NCBI GenBank assembly: GCA_028277205.1
Contig: JANQGT010000006.1
Span: 1-59,735, forward strand
Reading direction: 5' to 3'
Length of the DNA stretch: 59,735 nt
Origin: Candidatus Altimarinota bacterium
GTDB taxonomy: Bacteria > Patescibacteriota > Gracilibacteria > BD1-5 > UBA2023
Part shown: piece after piece, positions 24,156 through 36,632 of the stretch
Layout of the letters: each line of letters opens with the position of its first letter
Numbering within the stretch: position 1 is the stretch's first letter
Notes under the pieces: model-generated
Seen by the model: only the letters and a program-made list of their open reading frames with translations
Databases searched by the model: none
Told to the model about the DNA's origin: nothing
Position numbers and translations under genes: made by a program

Positions 24156-24536
24156 ATGCGCTGCTATTGTCCACATTCTCGCGATCTTGATTATGCGCTC
24201 GAATTGTATCGTCCCATCCGGGAGAGCGATCTCTTTGGAGCGTGGGAAATTGTCTTTCCGTATGAGCAGCGCGAACATCCAGAGCATTCTCGGTCGCTCA
24301 TCCGAAAATCGGATCTCATCATCGCAGAGGTATCGTATCCATCCACGGGACTCGGTATCGAGCTCGGATGGGCGAACGCCGACGGGATACCTGTATTTTG
24401 CATCGCGAAAACCGGTATGAAAATATCGCGCTCTCTGTCAAAAGTCGCCGTAGAGTGTTTTGAATATGCAAATCAACAGGAGATGGTTGAGATATTTACC
24501 CGGATTTTTTCTCGATACGACCAGACACGCGAGTAG
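24156..24536 (+). CDS. Nucleoside 2-deoxyribosyltransferase-like protein
   Basis: SDLIIAEVSYPSTGLGIELGWA motif. Confidence 0.8.
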   Translation: MRCYCPHSRDLDYALELYRPIRESDLFGAWEIVFPYEQREHPEHSRSLIRKSDLIIAEVSYPSTGLGIELGWANADGIPVFCIAKTGMKISRSLSKVAVECFEYANQQEMVEIFTRIFSRYDQTRE

Positions 24537-24549
24537 CTGTCATCCGGAT

Positions 24550-25608
24550 CTACCGCGTCAGCAGATACACCACGAGCCCCACGACCGAGAGGATGAGACC
24601 CACGAGCCACAGACGCATGACCACCGTCTCCTCTCGCCAGCCGAGCGCCTCCAGGTGATGGTGGTACGGCGCGATACGAAAGACTTTTTTGCCGCCCCGC
24701 AGCTTTTTACTGGTGATCTGGATGACGACGGAAAAAAGCTCCAGCGCAAAAATCCCGGAGATAATGGCGAGCACGACCAGCGTATCCGTCATCATGGCGA
24801 TGACGCCGAGCGTCGCCCCGAGCGAGAGCGATCCGACGTCGCCCATGATAAATTGAGCAGGCTTGATATTGTACCACAAAAATGCCACGAGCGTCCCGAC
24901 GACGAGCATGCACACCGCCGAGAGGATGAGCAGTCATTTGTCATAGGCGATGAAGGCGTAAACTCCGTATCCGAAGAGCAACAATCCGCCCGCGAGTCCG
25001 TCGAGTCCGTCGGTGAAATTCACACTATTTGCCATGGCGAGGATGACGAAAATGAAGAGGGGAATGTAAAAAATGCCGATGTCGAGCGAGCCGAGTACGG
25101 GGAGCGCTACGGACGAATACCCGAGCTTTTCAAAAAACCACCATCCCCCCGCCATGCCAAAGAGTATGAGCAGTGCAAATTTCAGTCGTGCAGAGAGTCC
25201 CTTCGTCCTGCCGATACCGCGCACATTCATATAGTCGTCGACTGCGCCGACTGCGCCGAGCACAAAGAGAGTAAAGAGCGCGATGTAGGTCTCATTTCGA
25301 TTCCAGAGGGAAAATCGTATGGTCACTCCAAACAACTCCTCGACAACCGGAGAAAACGCCTGTGCGATGATGGACAGCGCGACGAGCACGAGGATCACGA
25401 GGAGGATGACACCCCCGCCCATCGTCGGTGTTCCCGCCTTTGCCTGATGGAGGCGCGCGTACTCCGATGCCTGTCCTACGAGGGCTTCCGTACGGATATT
25501 TTTTCCCAGACGGTAGCGATACAGGATGCGGATATACGGCGGTATCGCTACAAATCCGAAGACGAACGCAAGTACGAGAAAGAGGAAGAGAAAGGGAAGA
25601 TCGCCCAT
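24550..25608 (-). CDS. mraY: Phospho-N-acetylmuramoyl-pentapeptide transferase
   Basis: KAGTPTMGG, NSVNFTDGLDGLA, IMGDVGSL, APYHHHLE; joined at TGA 24934. Confidence 0.97.
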
Positions 25609-25845
25609 GAAACACGATGAGAAAGTCGAAAAATTATACACCGCGAGACGTAAAAGCAATACAGATTTTTCATCTGGTAAAAAACTGCATAACGAAAAGC
25701 AGACAACGCGAAAATAGATCCTTTATCACTCGATGGTGATCCGGTATATATACGCACGGCACAGGGATCAGAAAGCGCCTGAGAGACGACAGCTCGCATT
25801 CGAGATCGATATGCTCGCCGCAAGAGAAAACGCAGACATACGCGA

Positions 25846-26313
25846 CTAATCCCTTCCGGCATCCACCCCTTTCCACACGCCGTGCCGATTGCAGGTAGCA
25901 CGCACCTCAAACGGCTCATCCGGACACGCGAATGTAAACTCTCACTCGATATCGGCGTCGTCTCCGGAGAGCTCTTCTATGACCTCGCCGTCCGTGTCAT
26001 AGACGCCGATCGCCTCGATGCGATGGTCGTCGGTTTGCGGGTGAGGATTATCCTCCAGTCCCACGCGCACACGCAGCACGTCCCCCTCCCGAAAATAAAA
26101 GGGCGTGTGCTGCTCCTCTACCGCCGACAGATCATCCGGATCCTCCGGCGGATCCTGCACCGCCTCCGCCACCCGCATAAAGGTATCGACTCCCCCGCAC
26201 GCCGGACAAACAAGCGAGCCATCCGCCGCATACAGCTCGCTGGAGCTGTCGTCGCGATCCAGCATATCCGTAGACAGGAGGTACCGACACTCGGTGCATA
26301 CGAGGCGCGCCAT
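25846..26313 (-). CDS. Desulfoferrodoxin/superoxide reductase-like protein with rubredoxin-like N-terminus
   Basis: CTEC...CPAC; EQH, HPQTDDHRI, and after TGA read-through CNRHGVWK. Confidence 0.8.
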
Positions 26314-26492
26314 CTGAGAAAAACGATATGAAATAGCAATCCAAGTATATGCCGAATTTTTTCGCTCGCAAACCGTTTCAAAATTGACTTTCTGTGTGTT
26401 TGAGTACTATTCGGGTACGTGCGCTGGATTTTTTCCGATACGAGCAATCAAACACCCGATAAGCGCATTCATATCATCATGATCTCTCCAAC

Positions 26493-28022
26493 ATGTTCGA
26501 ATTCCTGTGGTTTGCTGGCGGCGCGCTCGTCTGCGCCATCGGCTCCTATGTCCTCTTTCTGCATATGGCAAAGCGCGAAACTCTCTCGCGCACAAAAGAA
26601 ATAGAAAAACTGCGCGAGGCGGATGAAAAGCGAATCGCCGAGCGTAAAAAAGAACTCGAAAACGCGATGAAATCCGACCGGGAAAAAATCAATTCGGAGC
26701 GTCAGGAGCTCTCATCACAAAAAAAGAAGATCGACGAGCTGGAGGGAAAAATCGTCGAAAAAGAAGAGCGCATCGAAAAGCGACTTTCAGAGCTCGATGG
26801 AAAATTTGAAGAGCTGTATAAAAAAGAAACCGATCTCGCAGACAAACGAAAAGCCCTCGACGAAGAGTCCGCAGAGCTCTCGTCCCGCCTCTCGGAGATC
26901 GCAAAGCTCTCCGAAGAAGAGGCGAAAGATGAGCTCTTTTCTCAGGTGGAGGCGCGCTATGAGAGCGATCTCTCGGCACTGGCGCAAAAAAAGCGCACAG
27001 AGTACAGAAAGCGCGAAAAGGAAATCGCCCAAGAAGTCCTCATCGGCGCCATCCAGCAGTATGCCGCAGAGGTGACCAGCGAAGCGCTGCAGACGATGAT
27101 ATCGCTCGAGAGCGACGATCTAAAGGGAAAACTCATCGGAAAAGAAGGGCGAAACATCACGGCGTTTGAGCGATCGACGGGAGTCTCGCTCGTCATCGAC
27201 GACACGCCCGACACGGTATTTTTATCGAGCTTTGATCTGTTTCGTCGATATATCGCAAAAAAGACTCTGGAAGACCTGATCGCCGATAAACGCATCCAGC
27301 CAGCACGCATCGAGGAAATCGCCGAAAAAAATCAGCGCGAGGCGGAAAAGCTCATCGCCGATCTCGGTGAAAAAACTCTGGCGGAGATGGGCATCACGGA
27401 TATTCCAAATGAGATCGTGCCCCTCATTGGAAAATTTCGATTTCGTACGAGCTACGGACAAAATATCCTGACGCATTCAAAAGAAGTGGCATACCTCTCC
27501 GAGGCGATCGCAAAGCTCATCGGCGCCGATCCCGCCCTCGCTCTGAAGGGATGACTCCTGCATGATCTCGGCAAGGCGATGGATCACGACATCGAGGGGA
27601 CGCATCCCGAGATCGGCGGACGCATCGCGCGAAAATACGGGCTGGATGAGCGCCTCGTCAATATCATCGAGGGACATCACGACGACGTCCCGCAGATCTG
27701 CATCGAGACGAAAATCATACAGATCGCCGATGCCATCAGCGCTATCCGACCGTGAGCGCGCCGTATCAATGCCGATCAGTTTGTAAAGCGGATGCAGGAG
27801 ATGGAAAATCTCGTCGCGAGTTTTTCCGGAGTCAATAAAGCATTCGCGCTCTCGGCAGGACGGGAGGTCCGCGTCTTTGTGGACTGCGAGACCGTGAGCG
27901 ACTGGGATGCCGAGCGTATGGCACAGGAGATCGCCGAGACCATACAGGACACCCTCTCGTATCCGGGAGAGATCAAAATCACCCTCATACGCGAAAAACG
28001 CGTCATCGAGTACGCCCGATAG
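26493..28022 (+). CDS. rny: Ribonuclease Y
   Basis: TM + coiled coil, KH domain KGKLIGKEGRNI, HD domain G(TGA)LLHDLGK, RP(TGA)AR. Confidence 0.97.
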
Positions 28023-28037
28023 TTTTTCACTTTTTCT

Positions 28038-28820
28038 ATGTATCCCCAGTTCGACGTTTTCGGCATTACACTCTATTCATTCGGGCTCGGTCTGTCACTG
28101 TCGTTTCTCGCGTTCTTTTTCCTGCTGTATCGTCTGTCGCTAAAGCTCGGCATCAACACCCAATTTTTCCTCGGAAACGCCTTATTTTTCTTTCTTTCGA
28201 GCTTTCTTTTTTCCCGGTTTTTCTACATCATCGCCGAGTGGCGGGATTTGCAGTTTATCTTTTCGGAGGGAATCATCCGGTTTTTCCTCATGTCCGATTA
28301 CAATTTTTCGCTCATAGGAGGGATATTCGGCTTTCTGTTCGTGCTCTTTATCGCCGTATGGTGGCGCGGATTTTCTCTTCCGAAATACATTGACGCCACT
28401 GTCATCGCCTTTCTCGGAGCCGCGTCCGTCGGATTTGTCGGAGCGTTTTTCGGTGGGCAGGTGCTCGGTGCGCCGACGGATCTGTCCATCGGCGTCGAGT
28501 ACACCTCTCCCTACTCTGCCAATCCCTATGCCGATCCCGTCATTCCGTTGGGGCTTTTGTATGCGCTGTTTTCGTTTTTGCTCTTTAGTCTCCTGTACAT
28601 CGTGCGCTCGGTCGTGAGCATCGACGGCATCGTCGGCTATTTCGGCATGATCACGTTTTCGGCGGCGTACATAGCGGGCGAGCAGTTTTCCGGTCGCGAA
28701 GACATCGTCGCCTCGTACACGGGCGCGTCGCTGGGGCAGATCGGATTTCTCATTCTTATCATTTTCGCCGTGTGGTGACTGGCTCGGCTTTCTCGTCGCG
28801 AAAGCTCGCTCATCGGGTAG
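28038..28820 (+). CDS. lgt: Prolipoprotein diacylglyceryl transferase-like protein
   Basis: MYP...LYSFG, SRFFYI, FSLIGG, G.FFGG.V.G.PTD motifs; multi-TM; divergent. Confidence 0.75.
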
Positions 28821-30328
28821 GATTTTTTCTCGCGGCTGCCGGGTTTTTTCTCTCGATTGCCGGGTACAGCCTGTGGGAAAATCCGGTCGCGATAGTGTGA
28901 ATTTTCGCAGTAGCGTGCGCAGTACTGGGGACGGTGAGGGCATTTGCACCTCAAATATTTTTACAAAAAGCAGTGTGGATAGCACTGTTTATATGAGCCG
29001 GTTTTGGTCTATTTGTCTCGATCGCTCCGACACAGGGGCACATGCAGACGCTCATCGATACCGGTATTTTCACACAGACGAAATCGGGGACGATCGAAAA
29101 AACCGGAGAGAAAGCAGCGATGCGCATCCGGATCATCCGTCTGGAGCGCACGGATACAAAGTGGTCCCGGTATTTCGCAAGGCTCCTGCAGGTACATCGA
29201 CAAGCTATGCCGGACAATACCGGCATGTGGCTCTATGTGTCGCCGAGTCAGACATTCAAACCGGGTGACATCCTCACCCGAACCGGTACGCTCCTGCCGC
29301 CGCTCGGGTGGGACGATCCATCGAGACGGCGATTTTATGAGACGCGGGGAGTGTTTGCCGTGACATTCGCCTGAGTCGAATCACGCACCGAAACAAACGA
29401 CCGAAGCCCGGTCTTGCGATGAGTCGACACGATCCGCTCGGAAATCCGCGACCGGACAAACCGGCTCTATCCCGACGATACCGGTGTGCTCGTCCGGGGA
29501 CTACTGTTTGGTGATCGCACGGATATGGACGAGTGAGCACGGGATGCTTTTGCGAAAACCGGTCTGTCTCATATCCTCGCAGCGAGCGGATTTAATGTGA
29601 CGATCGTCGCCCTCTTTTTCGCGTGGATGCTGTCCCGATTTTCAGTGGTGGTCCGCAGTGTCGGGGTCATCATCGGCATCATCGGTTTCGTCCTGCTCGT
29701 GGGCGATGATCCGCCCGTCGTACGTGCCGGTATCACGGGCGTGCTCGGATACCTCGCATTTGCATCGGGCACGCGCCTGCGCCTGATCGCACTCACGATC
29801 GCGGTCGCCGCCATCATGGTCGCACGAAATCCCGGCATCCTCGTCTCGGATGTCAGCTTTCAGCTGTCGTTTCTCTCGGTGTTCGGACTCATTGTTTTGA
29901 AATCGGCACTCGAACGCTTTTTTCAGCGAATACCGACTATCCTCTCCGCTCGCGAGTCCGTCGTGCTCACGCTCTCGGCGACGGCATTTTGCGTACCGCT
30001 CGTCGCCGTCGTTTTCGGTGAGGTCTCGACGGTATTTCTCCTCTCAAATTTGCTCGTGGCACCGCTCATCCCCGCCATTATGCTTTTTTCCGCATTATCA
30101 CTCGTATTCGTCGGGGTTTTTGCGCCGGCGGCAATCGCGCTTGGATTTATCGCCGATTCACTCTCGCGGATCATCCTCCTGGTCGCAAACGGACTCTCGG
30201 CGCCCGAGTGGGCGGTAGTGTCGGCTAATTTTTGACAAGTGATTGAAGCAATCATACTCACGACTATGATTATGGGACTCGTATTTTTATCGTGAAATGC
30301 ATTACTTGGAAAAAACTTACAAATATAA
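28775..30328 (+). CDS. comEC: ComEC/Rec2 competence membrane protein
   Basis: GLLFGDR, TGLSHILAASGFNV, PVVRAG, DVSFQLSF, SNLLVAP; several TGA; start approximate. Confidence 0.9.
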
Positions 30329-30387
30329 TTTGACATTACTCATTCTATATATAAAATTGCCACTGTACTTCTCTGACTTTATTTATC

Positions 30388-31128
30388 ATGAGTACACCAG
30401 ATAGCCCAGTAACGCATTATGAGTTTGCCGGGGAAATTCCACCAGATCTCCATCTCGAAGCCTCGGGAATTACCGGACTTTCCCAGCAGGTAGCAGACGA
30501 TGCTATGGCGGCAATAGATCTCGGTACTGAAAGCATGTCCGATCTGGCGTCGGCTGTCGTAGCGGCAATCACTGAAGATCCACGGGTGTTGGATCAACTC
30601 GTAGGCGTTCTTGTAGGGAATGATACTTTTATGAACTCTCTTGTAGTGAGGGCAGTGGAGAAAGTCGAAGAAGAAATTGACCCTGAAAAACTTCAGCAGG
30701 ATGAAACAGATGGCCACGATCCTTGGGGAGAATGATGAGTCGATCAAGACGATCTACCTGATACCACCGACAATGTCCAAGCTGTTTCATGAACAAATTT
30801 AGCACAGATGGTCGTCGCCGGATCACACGGAGAGCGCACGCAAGGCGGAGATAAAATAACTGAATCATGACAAAAAGAACTCGTAATTCTCGACTGAAAA
30901 GATTTTTCCGGAATGCGTTTTCGTGGTACATGATCTGTTCTTGTTTGACGGGAAGTAAATCTAACCGGAGCGGACTTTCGAGGAGTAGATTTCAACTACA
31001 TCACTATCGGCGAGGGGACTACTCTAAAATGAGCACGTTTCCGAAGAAAACAGATCGAAAACCTGTGAAAAGATGCCAAAAAATTCATGAGAGAACTGAA
31101 AAGATTGGGGGCGGTCATAGAGGGGTAG
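30388..31128 (+). CDS. Acidic protein with C-terminal pentapeptide-like repeats
   Basis: 246-aa frame with 9 TGA; LDGKDFSG, VNLTGADFRGVDF, TLKGARF; ends LKRLGAVIEG-TAG; AT-richer. Confidence 0.7.
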
Positions 31129-31193
31129 AGCGGTATCACATTCAGACATCCCGAGAGTTTCTCTCGGGATTTTTCGTTCTCGGTTTCTTTTGT

Positions 31194-31883
31194 TTACCCC
31201 TCAAAATACTGCGCATCATACACACTCTCGAGGCGCTTTGCGAGTTGTTTCAGGATGAAATCACTGTATTTATGCGCGCGCGACTCGGATATGCGGATCC
31301 GAAGCGAAAAGAGAAAATGCTCGAAAATATCGCGTACGAAGTCGGTCATCATCCGCCGATACGCGGACGTCTCGAGCTGGGTGAGCAGCTTTTTGGTGAT
31401 GATATTCGACGGATCGTGCGTGACCGCATCAAAAAGATCGTCAATCCAAAAATTGATCCGATCGCGGACAGCCTGCGGCAGCGCCTCTTCGTCAAATTCG
31501 ATGTGTTCAGCGAGTGATTCGCATACGGGCGAGATCGCATCTGCGCGCTCGACAGAGGTGTAGCGCACGCGGATCGTCCGCTCCGCAGGCTCGAATATGA
31601 GTGACAATCACCCCACGAGAAAATGCGACGGCACACCCGAGGAGATGAGCGGCACGAGCGACGAGAGCAAAAAATGATACTCCTCCGTCTGCATGAGCGC
31701 CAGCAGCACCCGCGCCAGCGAGTCATCATCGCGCCGGGATTTTTGCTCGTCGCGCCGGGTTTTTTTGATATTTCGGAGAGTGCGGGCGACCCGGACGGGA
31801 TCCGACTCGCGGACGGACTCCGCGGATTTGCCGCCGGCTTCGCCCGAGTCCTCGACGGATGGGGTAAATTCTTCGAGGGACAT
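31194..31883 (-). CDS. Hypothetical protein
   Basis: Two same-frame ORFs joined at TGA 31608; follows glyA. Confidence 0.7.
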
Positions 31884-31905
31884 GGGATTATGCTAATGGG
31901 GAAAG

Positions 31906-33165
31906 TTATGCAGCCGCGTTTTCGTATATGGGGAATCGACGGCAAAGCGTGCGCATTTGCTCGCGGAGTGTGGCGATCATTTGCGGATTTTGTCGATTTC
32001 GGATCGCCTCGCTCATGATGTGCGCGATGGTGTGCATGTCCTCCTCGCGCATGCCGCGAGTCGTGACAGCGGGCGTCCCGATACGCACTCCCGAGGGATC
32101 GACGGGTTTTCGCGGGTCATTCGGGACCATATTTTTATTGAGCGAGATACCGACTGATTCAAAGATAGCTTCGGCTTCTTTTCCGCCGATACCGAAATTT
32201 CGATATACATCGGCGAGAAAATAGTGTGTATCCGTCCCGCCCGATACGATACGAAATCCTTCTTTTGAAAGTGCGTCCGCAAGCACTTGCGCATTGAGAA
32301 TGATTTGTTTAGAATATTGGCGAAATTCCGGCTTCGCCGCTTCGAGAAATGCTACCGCTTTAGCGGCGGTCACATGATCGTGCGGTCCGCCCTGTACGCC
32401 CGGAAATACCGCTTTCGCGATTGCTTTTGCATACTGCTGTTTTGCCATGATCATGCCACCGCGCGGTCCGCGGAGCGTTTTATGCGTCGTCGTCGAGACG
32501 ACATCACATATCGGCACGGGGTTTTCCAGCGCTCCTCAGGCGATGAGCCCCGCGGTATGCGATATATCAGCGAAGAGAACGGCACCAATCGCATCGGCGA
32601 TCTCGCGAAATCTCTGCCACTCGACGAGTCGGGAGTAGATCGTATATCCGGCGATGATCATCTTTGGGCGGTGTTCGAGCGCCAGACGCTCTACCTCGTC
32701 CATATCGATGCGCTCCGTCTCGGGATCCAGACCGTAGGGAATGACATTGTAGAGCATCCCGGAAAAATTCACAGGATGTCCGTGTGTCAAGTGTCCTCCG
32801 TGATCGAGCGACATACCGAGAACGGTATCGCCGGGAGAGAGTATCGCCATATAGACTGCGAGATTCGCGGGAGAGCCTGAAAGCGGCTGGACATTGACAT
32901 ATTCGGCACCAAAAAGCGCCTTTGCGCGCTCGATGGCAAGACTCTCGACTTTATCGACGACTTCATTTCCCGCATAGTAGCGCTTTGCGATATATCCTTC
33001 GGAGTATTTATTGGTAAAGACGCTCCCAAGCGCCTCGAGCACGCCGGGTGAGACGGAGTTTTCGGATGCGATGAGCTCGATGCCATCTTCTTGGCGTTCT
33101 CGTTCTTCGGCGATGAGTGCGGCGATCTCGGGATCGGTGGTGGTAAGTGGCTGGCTGAGAAACAT
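31906..33165 (-). CDS. glyA: Serine hydroxymethyltransferase
   Basis: [28 protein letters not shown](TGA=G), [13 protein letters not shown]. Confidence 0.98.
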
Positions 33166-33570
33166 GATTTGAAAAATTTTAGAAAAACAAGTGCTGTCAA
33201 TGATATTCAAACACTACCCCCCCGTTTCCGAGCGATGCCTGATACTCCTTTCTTCCGTGAGTGTCGAGACGGATGTACATGAGCTGTATCGGTATAAAAA
33301 GGCAGGAAATTTTCACGAAATTGTACCGAAACATGGAGCGTTTACAAGCAAAAATACAAAAGAATCCGAAAGCGAAAAACCGGCTTCCCTCGAGGAAAAC
33401 CGGTATCGAAAGATGCTGTATATCGGGCTTTTCAGAGTCTGGGGGCTATCGGTATAAATAGTGAAAAAGCGCTTTTAGCGAAAAAATCGGATACCGGTTT
33501 ATTTGAGAAAATTTGTTCTCCGACCGGGATTTCGATGCTGTATGTCACAGAGTCCGATTGTCATCGCGAC

Positions 33571-33813
33571 AGAAGCACCACGACCGCAATCGGGGTGAGT
33601 GGATTGCAGCGAGCAGAGTATGCCCGATTGGAGAGTAGGAGTACGCAATTACAGTCGGAGGTGAGTGAGTGGATTGCGGTGTGCGCGAGATTCACGACCG
33701 CGGTAGGAAGTACGCAACTACAGTCGGGGGTGAGTGGATTGCTCGACTCTCGAAGAGTTCCCGGCATAGATAGAAGTACGCAACTACAAGTCGGAGGTGA
33801 GTGAGTGAATTGC
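33571..33813 (+). CRISPR. Degenerate CRISPR-like repeat-spacer array, 4 repeats, no cas genes in window
   Basis: Repeats at 33571-33607, 33636-33677, 33704-33742, 33771-33813 (consensus TAGRAGTACGCAACTACAGTCGGRGGTGAGT[GAGT]GGATTGC), separated by 28/26/28-nt spacers. The repeat structure is certain; CRISPR identity is not. Confidence 0.4.
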
Positions 33814-33894
33814 GGTTTTTTTGTGAGACTGATCCAAAAATCGTGTGAAAATATGTCGCGGATCTGTAGTCGTAAATACTGTCTTTTAGAGAAT

Positions 33895-35277
33895 CTATTC
33901 TCCATCAGACTCGGGGGACTCAGGGGATTCGGGAGTATCATCGGACTGCCCACCCGCAAGCAGCGCTATCTGCGACTGTGCCGCATCGAGCCCCGCGATC
34001 CGATCGCCCGCCTCGATCCACGACTGCAGGATCACCTCGGCGACCGCACGCTGGCGATCGTACTGACTGTCATAGTCCTCATCCTGAAAATCAACCACTA
34101 CATCCGGCGTTATGCCGACTTCATTGATCTGGTCTCCGCCGGGTGTGAGCCACTCGGCGATGGTGATCTTCACTTCACTGCCATCCGAGAGTACGAAAGG
34201 GCGCTGGACCGATCCTTTGCCGAATGTGTTTTGTCCCACGAGCACTGCGAGTCCGTACTCGCGAAGTGCTCCGGCGGTGATCTCGGATGCGGATGCCGAG
34301 TTTTCATTGACGAGGACGACGACGGGAATATCGGGGAGTGTATTGCCGAGTGAAAAAAAGCTCTCGTTTTGTCGCGGATCGCGATATACCGTCCGAACCA
34401 AGAGCTCGTTTTTCTCGATAAAATTCGAAAGAATGCCGACCGCCGTCTCCAGAAATCCCCCGCCGTTATCCCGTAGATCCAGGACGAGTCCGTTTACACG
34501 CTCGTCGAGGACGAGTTTTTGCAGCTCGGTCTGAAATTCGCGATCGGTATTTTCTCAGAAAATCGAGAGGAAAATATACCCCGTCCCGTCATCCGTGATT
34601 TCCGAGGAAACGGAGGGAATCGTGATTTTCTGTCGGGTGATGGTTTTCGTAAATGTCTCATTTTCCTCTGGGCGGATGATCTCGAGCTCGACGACAGTCC
34701 CCGCAGGACCGCTGATCTCCTGCACCGCCTCCGCAGTAGAAAATCCCGCAAGACCCGTCTTGTCGGCGCGTACGATGATATCTCCCGCCCGCAGATTATT
34801 TGCCTTTGCGGGAGAGCCGGCGATGATCCGCTCTATCCTGACTCCGAGCTCGTGAGTGGCGATGACCGCCCCGATTCACTCGAAATCTCCCGAGAGCACA
34901 TCATGAAATACTTCGGTCTCCTCGATATCAAAATACTCGCTATAGCGATCATCGAGACTCTCGACAAATCCTCTGACCACTCCCTCCTCGAGCTCCCGCG
35001 AATCAAGGTACTCATAGTCGATATAGTGCTCCTGTACGATATCGTATACCTCGGAAAGGAGATTGAGATCAATTTTTGAAAATGTCTCTAAAGAAGCGGG
35101 ATCGGCTGAGTCCAAAGTAGCTCCCCCCTGTCTCTGCGAGAGAAACGAATCCGCCGCGCGAGAAAGATACAGCTCGTCAAAATACGCATCAATATCGGAG
35201 TACTCTCAGAGTAGCAGTCCAAACGAAAATGAAAATCCGAGAACGACGACACTGAGAAAGATGTGAAACAATCTCAT
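33895..35277 (-). CDS. ctpA: S41 family carboxy-terminal processing protease
   Basis: FE(TGA=G)IGAVI, PDZ domain, LVLDLRDNGGG, NENSASASEI, TFGKGSVQ, GITPDV. Confidence 0.93.
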
Positions 35278-35584
35278 AGAAAGACGAGAAAAATGAGAGA
35301 ATGTGAAAAGAAATTTTTAGTATTTCACCGAAGAATTATATTCAACGAAGACAAAAACCAAAACCCGAAAAAGAAGAGTTTTCGACAGTGAAAAACTTTA
35401 TAAAAAGAGAGGATACCCGGCAAGAAAAAGAGAATAGTGCGTATATCCACCGGCAGAGTATGTGAATTTATCCTGTATCTCGGCTCCTCTCCAGTACGAG
35501 AAAAAAATACACAAATCGCACTAGTCTCTAGGTATTAAGAATATATAAAGAAAAGAGTATAATAACGAGAGTATCGACACTTCT

Positions 35585-35631
35585 TTATACATTCCTCCGC
35601 AAAACCCCCTCTCTCCCAGCTAGGGGATAAA
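35585..35631 (-). repeat. Dispersed ~45-bp hairpin element, copy C
   Basis: Reverse strand TTTATCCCCTAGCTGGGAGAGAGGGGGTTTTGCGGAGGAATGTATAA. Confidence 0.6.
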
Positions 35632-35955
35632 GTTTTTCAAAGTCTTCTTTGGATGAGATAATAACAGGAAACATACGGAATTACGCCGACAGGGCAATTA
35701 CACCTATAGAGCACCAAGCAAAAGAAGATCCTCAACGAACAAAGCGTGAGACAGAAACATGCAAAGTGTTTCAGCTTTAGATTTTTATGATACTCTCTGC
35801 CTGCCGGCTGGAGGGTATTTATAAACTGCAAAATACATGCTTGCTTTTCAAAATACTCTAAAGCATTTTCCCATTTTCATCCGAGCTATGCAAATATCCC
35901 GTTCGAAACATTTTGACAAAAGAGCACGCTTTTCCTACAATCTCCAGACACGCCC

Positions 35956-36039
35956 GCCGAGATGGTGGAATGGTAGACACACGGGTCTTAGAAGCCCGCG
36001 CCCTCGGGTGTGAGAGTTCGAGTCTCTCTCTCGGCACCA
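35956..36039 (+). tRNA. tRNA-Leu(TAG)
   Basis: GCCGAGA acceptor, CGGGT-CTTAGAA-GCCCG anticodon arm, variable arm, CCA end. Confidence 0.96.
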
Positions 36040-36632
36040 GATAGATGTTTCGATATTTTTGATTGTCTGATCGGTTTCGGGCGGTTTTATATTTTTACGG
36101 TTTGTCTGGTGCCGCTGCATGCCATTTTTCCCAAAGGGCTGATACGACAATCAAAGCTACCCCAGAGTGATTTCAAGAAAAAGTTGCAAGAAGTACAAAC
36201 CTTCATAGAGAAAAGGGCGTCAGGTGTTTATGGTGAAAATTGGACGAAGGTACAGATTTTGTATTGTGCTGGGATGTACATGCAATACCGACTCGTTGCG
36301 ATAAAGGAACCTGGGTTGTCCATAGTATACAAGCTTGAAATAGTACGCGCCTACATACTGATCATGTCCCTGTAATCGTTTTTTATTTCTCGAATCCAGA
36401 AGAACAGGAAGTACGAGAAGTATATCTTTTCGGGGATCAGGAAAGCCGCTGTAAAGCATTGCTAGAGGTAGAAGGGGATTCTTGCAGTAAGTTTCACGCG
36501 TTCCTGAAAGAGAAAATTTGAGCATTTACAGTCAATTGAGCGGCACAGGGGTAGTCGAGTATAATTCTTTCTTGCTCATATCCGTCCGACTCGTATACTT
36601 TCGGGCGGTTTTTATTTTTTCGCGCTTTTCTC

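Noticed and set aside
24460-25620. 386-aa plus-strand ORF, and similar long antisense ORFs over the RND, nrdG and response-regulator genes
   Set aside because: Shadow frames opposite well-supported genes, with no motifs of their own.
33608-33635. Spacer 1 resembling the IS1595 end (CGAGCAGAG..TAT at about 48935)
   Set aside because: Only a short gapped match; not distinguishable from chance by eye.
33571-33813. TIGR array or integron attC interpretation
   Set aside because: Spacers are 26-28 nt rather than about 9 nt, there are no box C/D or RYYYAAC/GTTRRRY ends, and no associated protein gene is nearby.
36100-36500. Possible AT-rich gene remnant after tRNA-Leu
   Set aside because: No recognisable motif or convincing start under either code.
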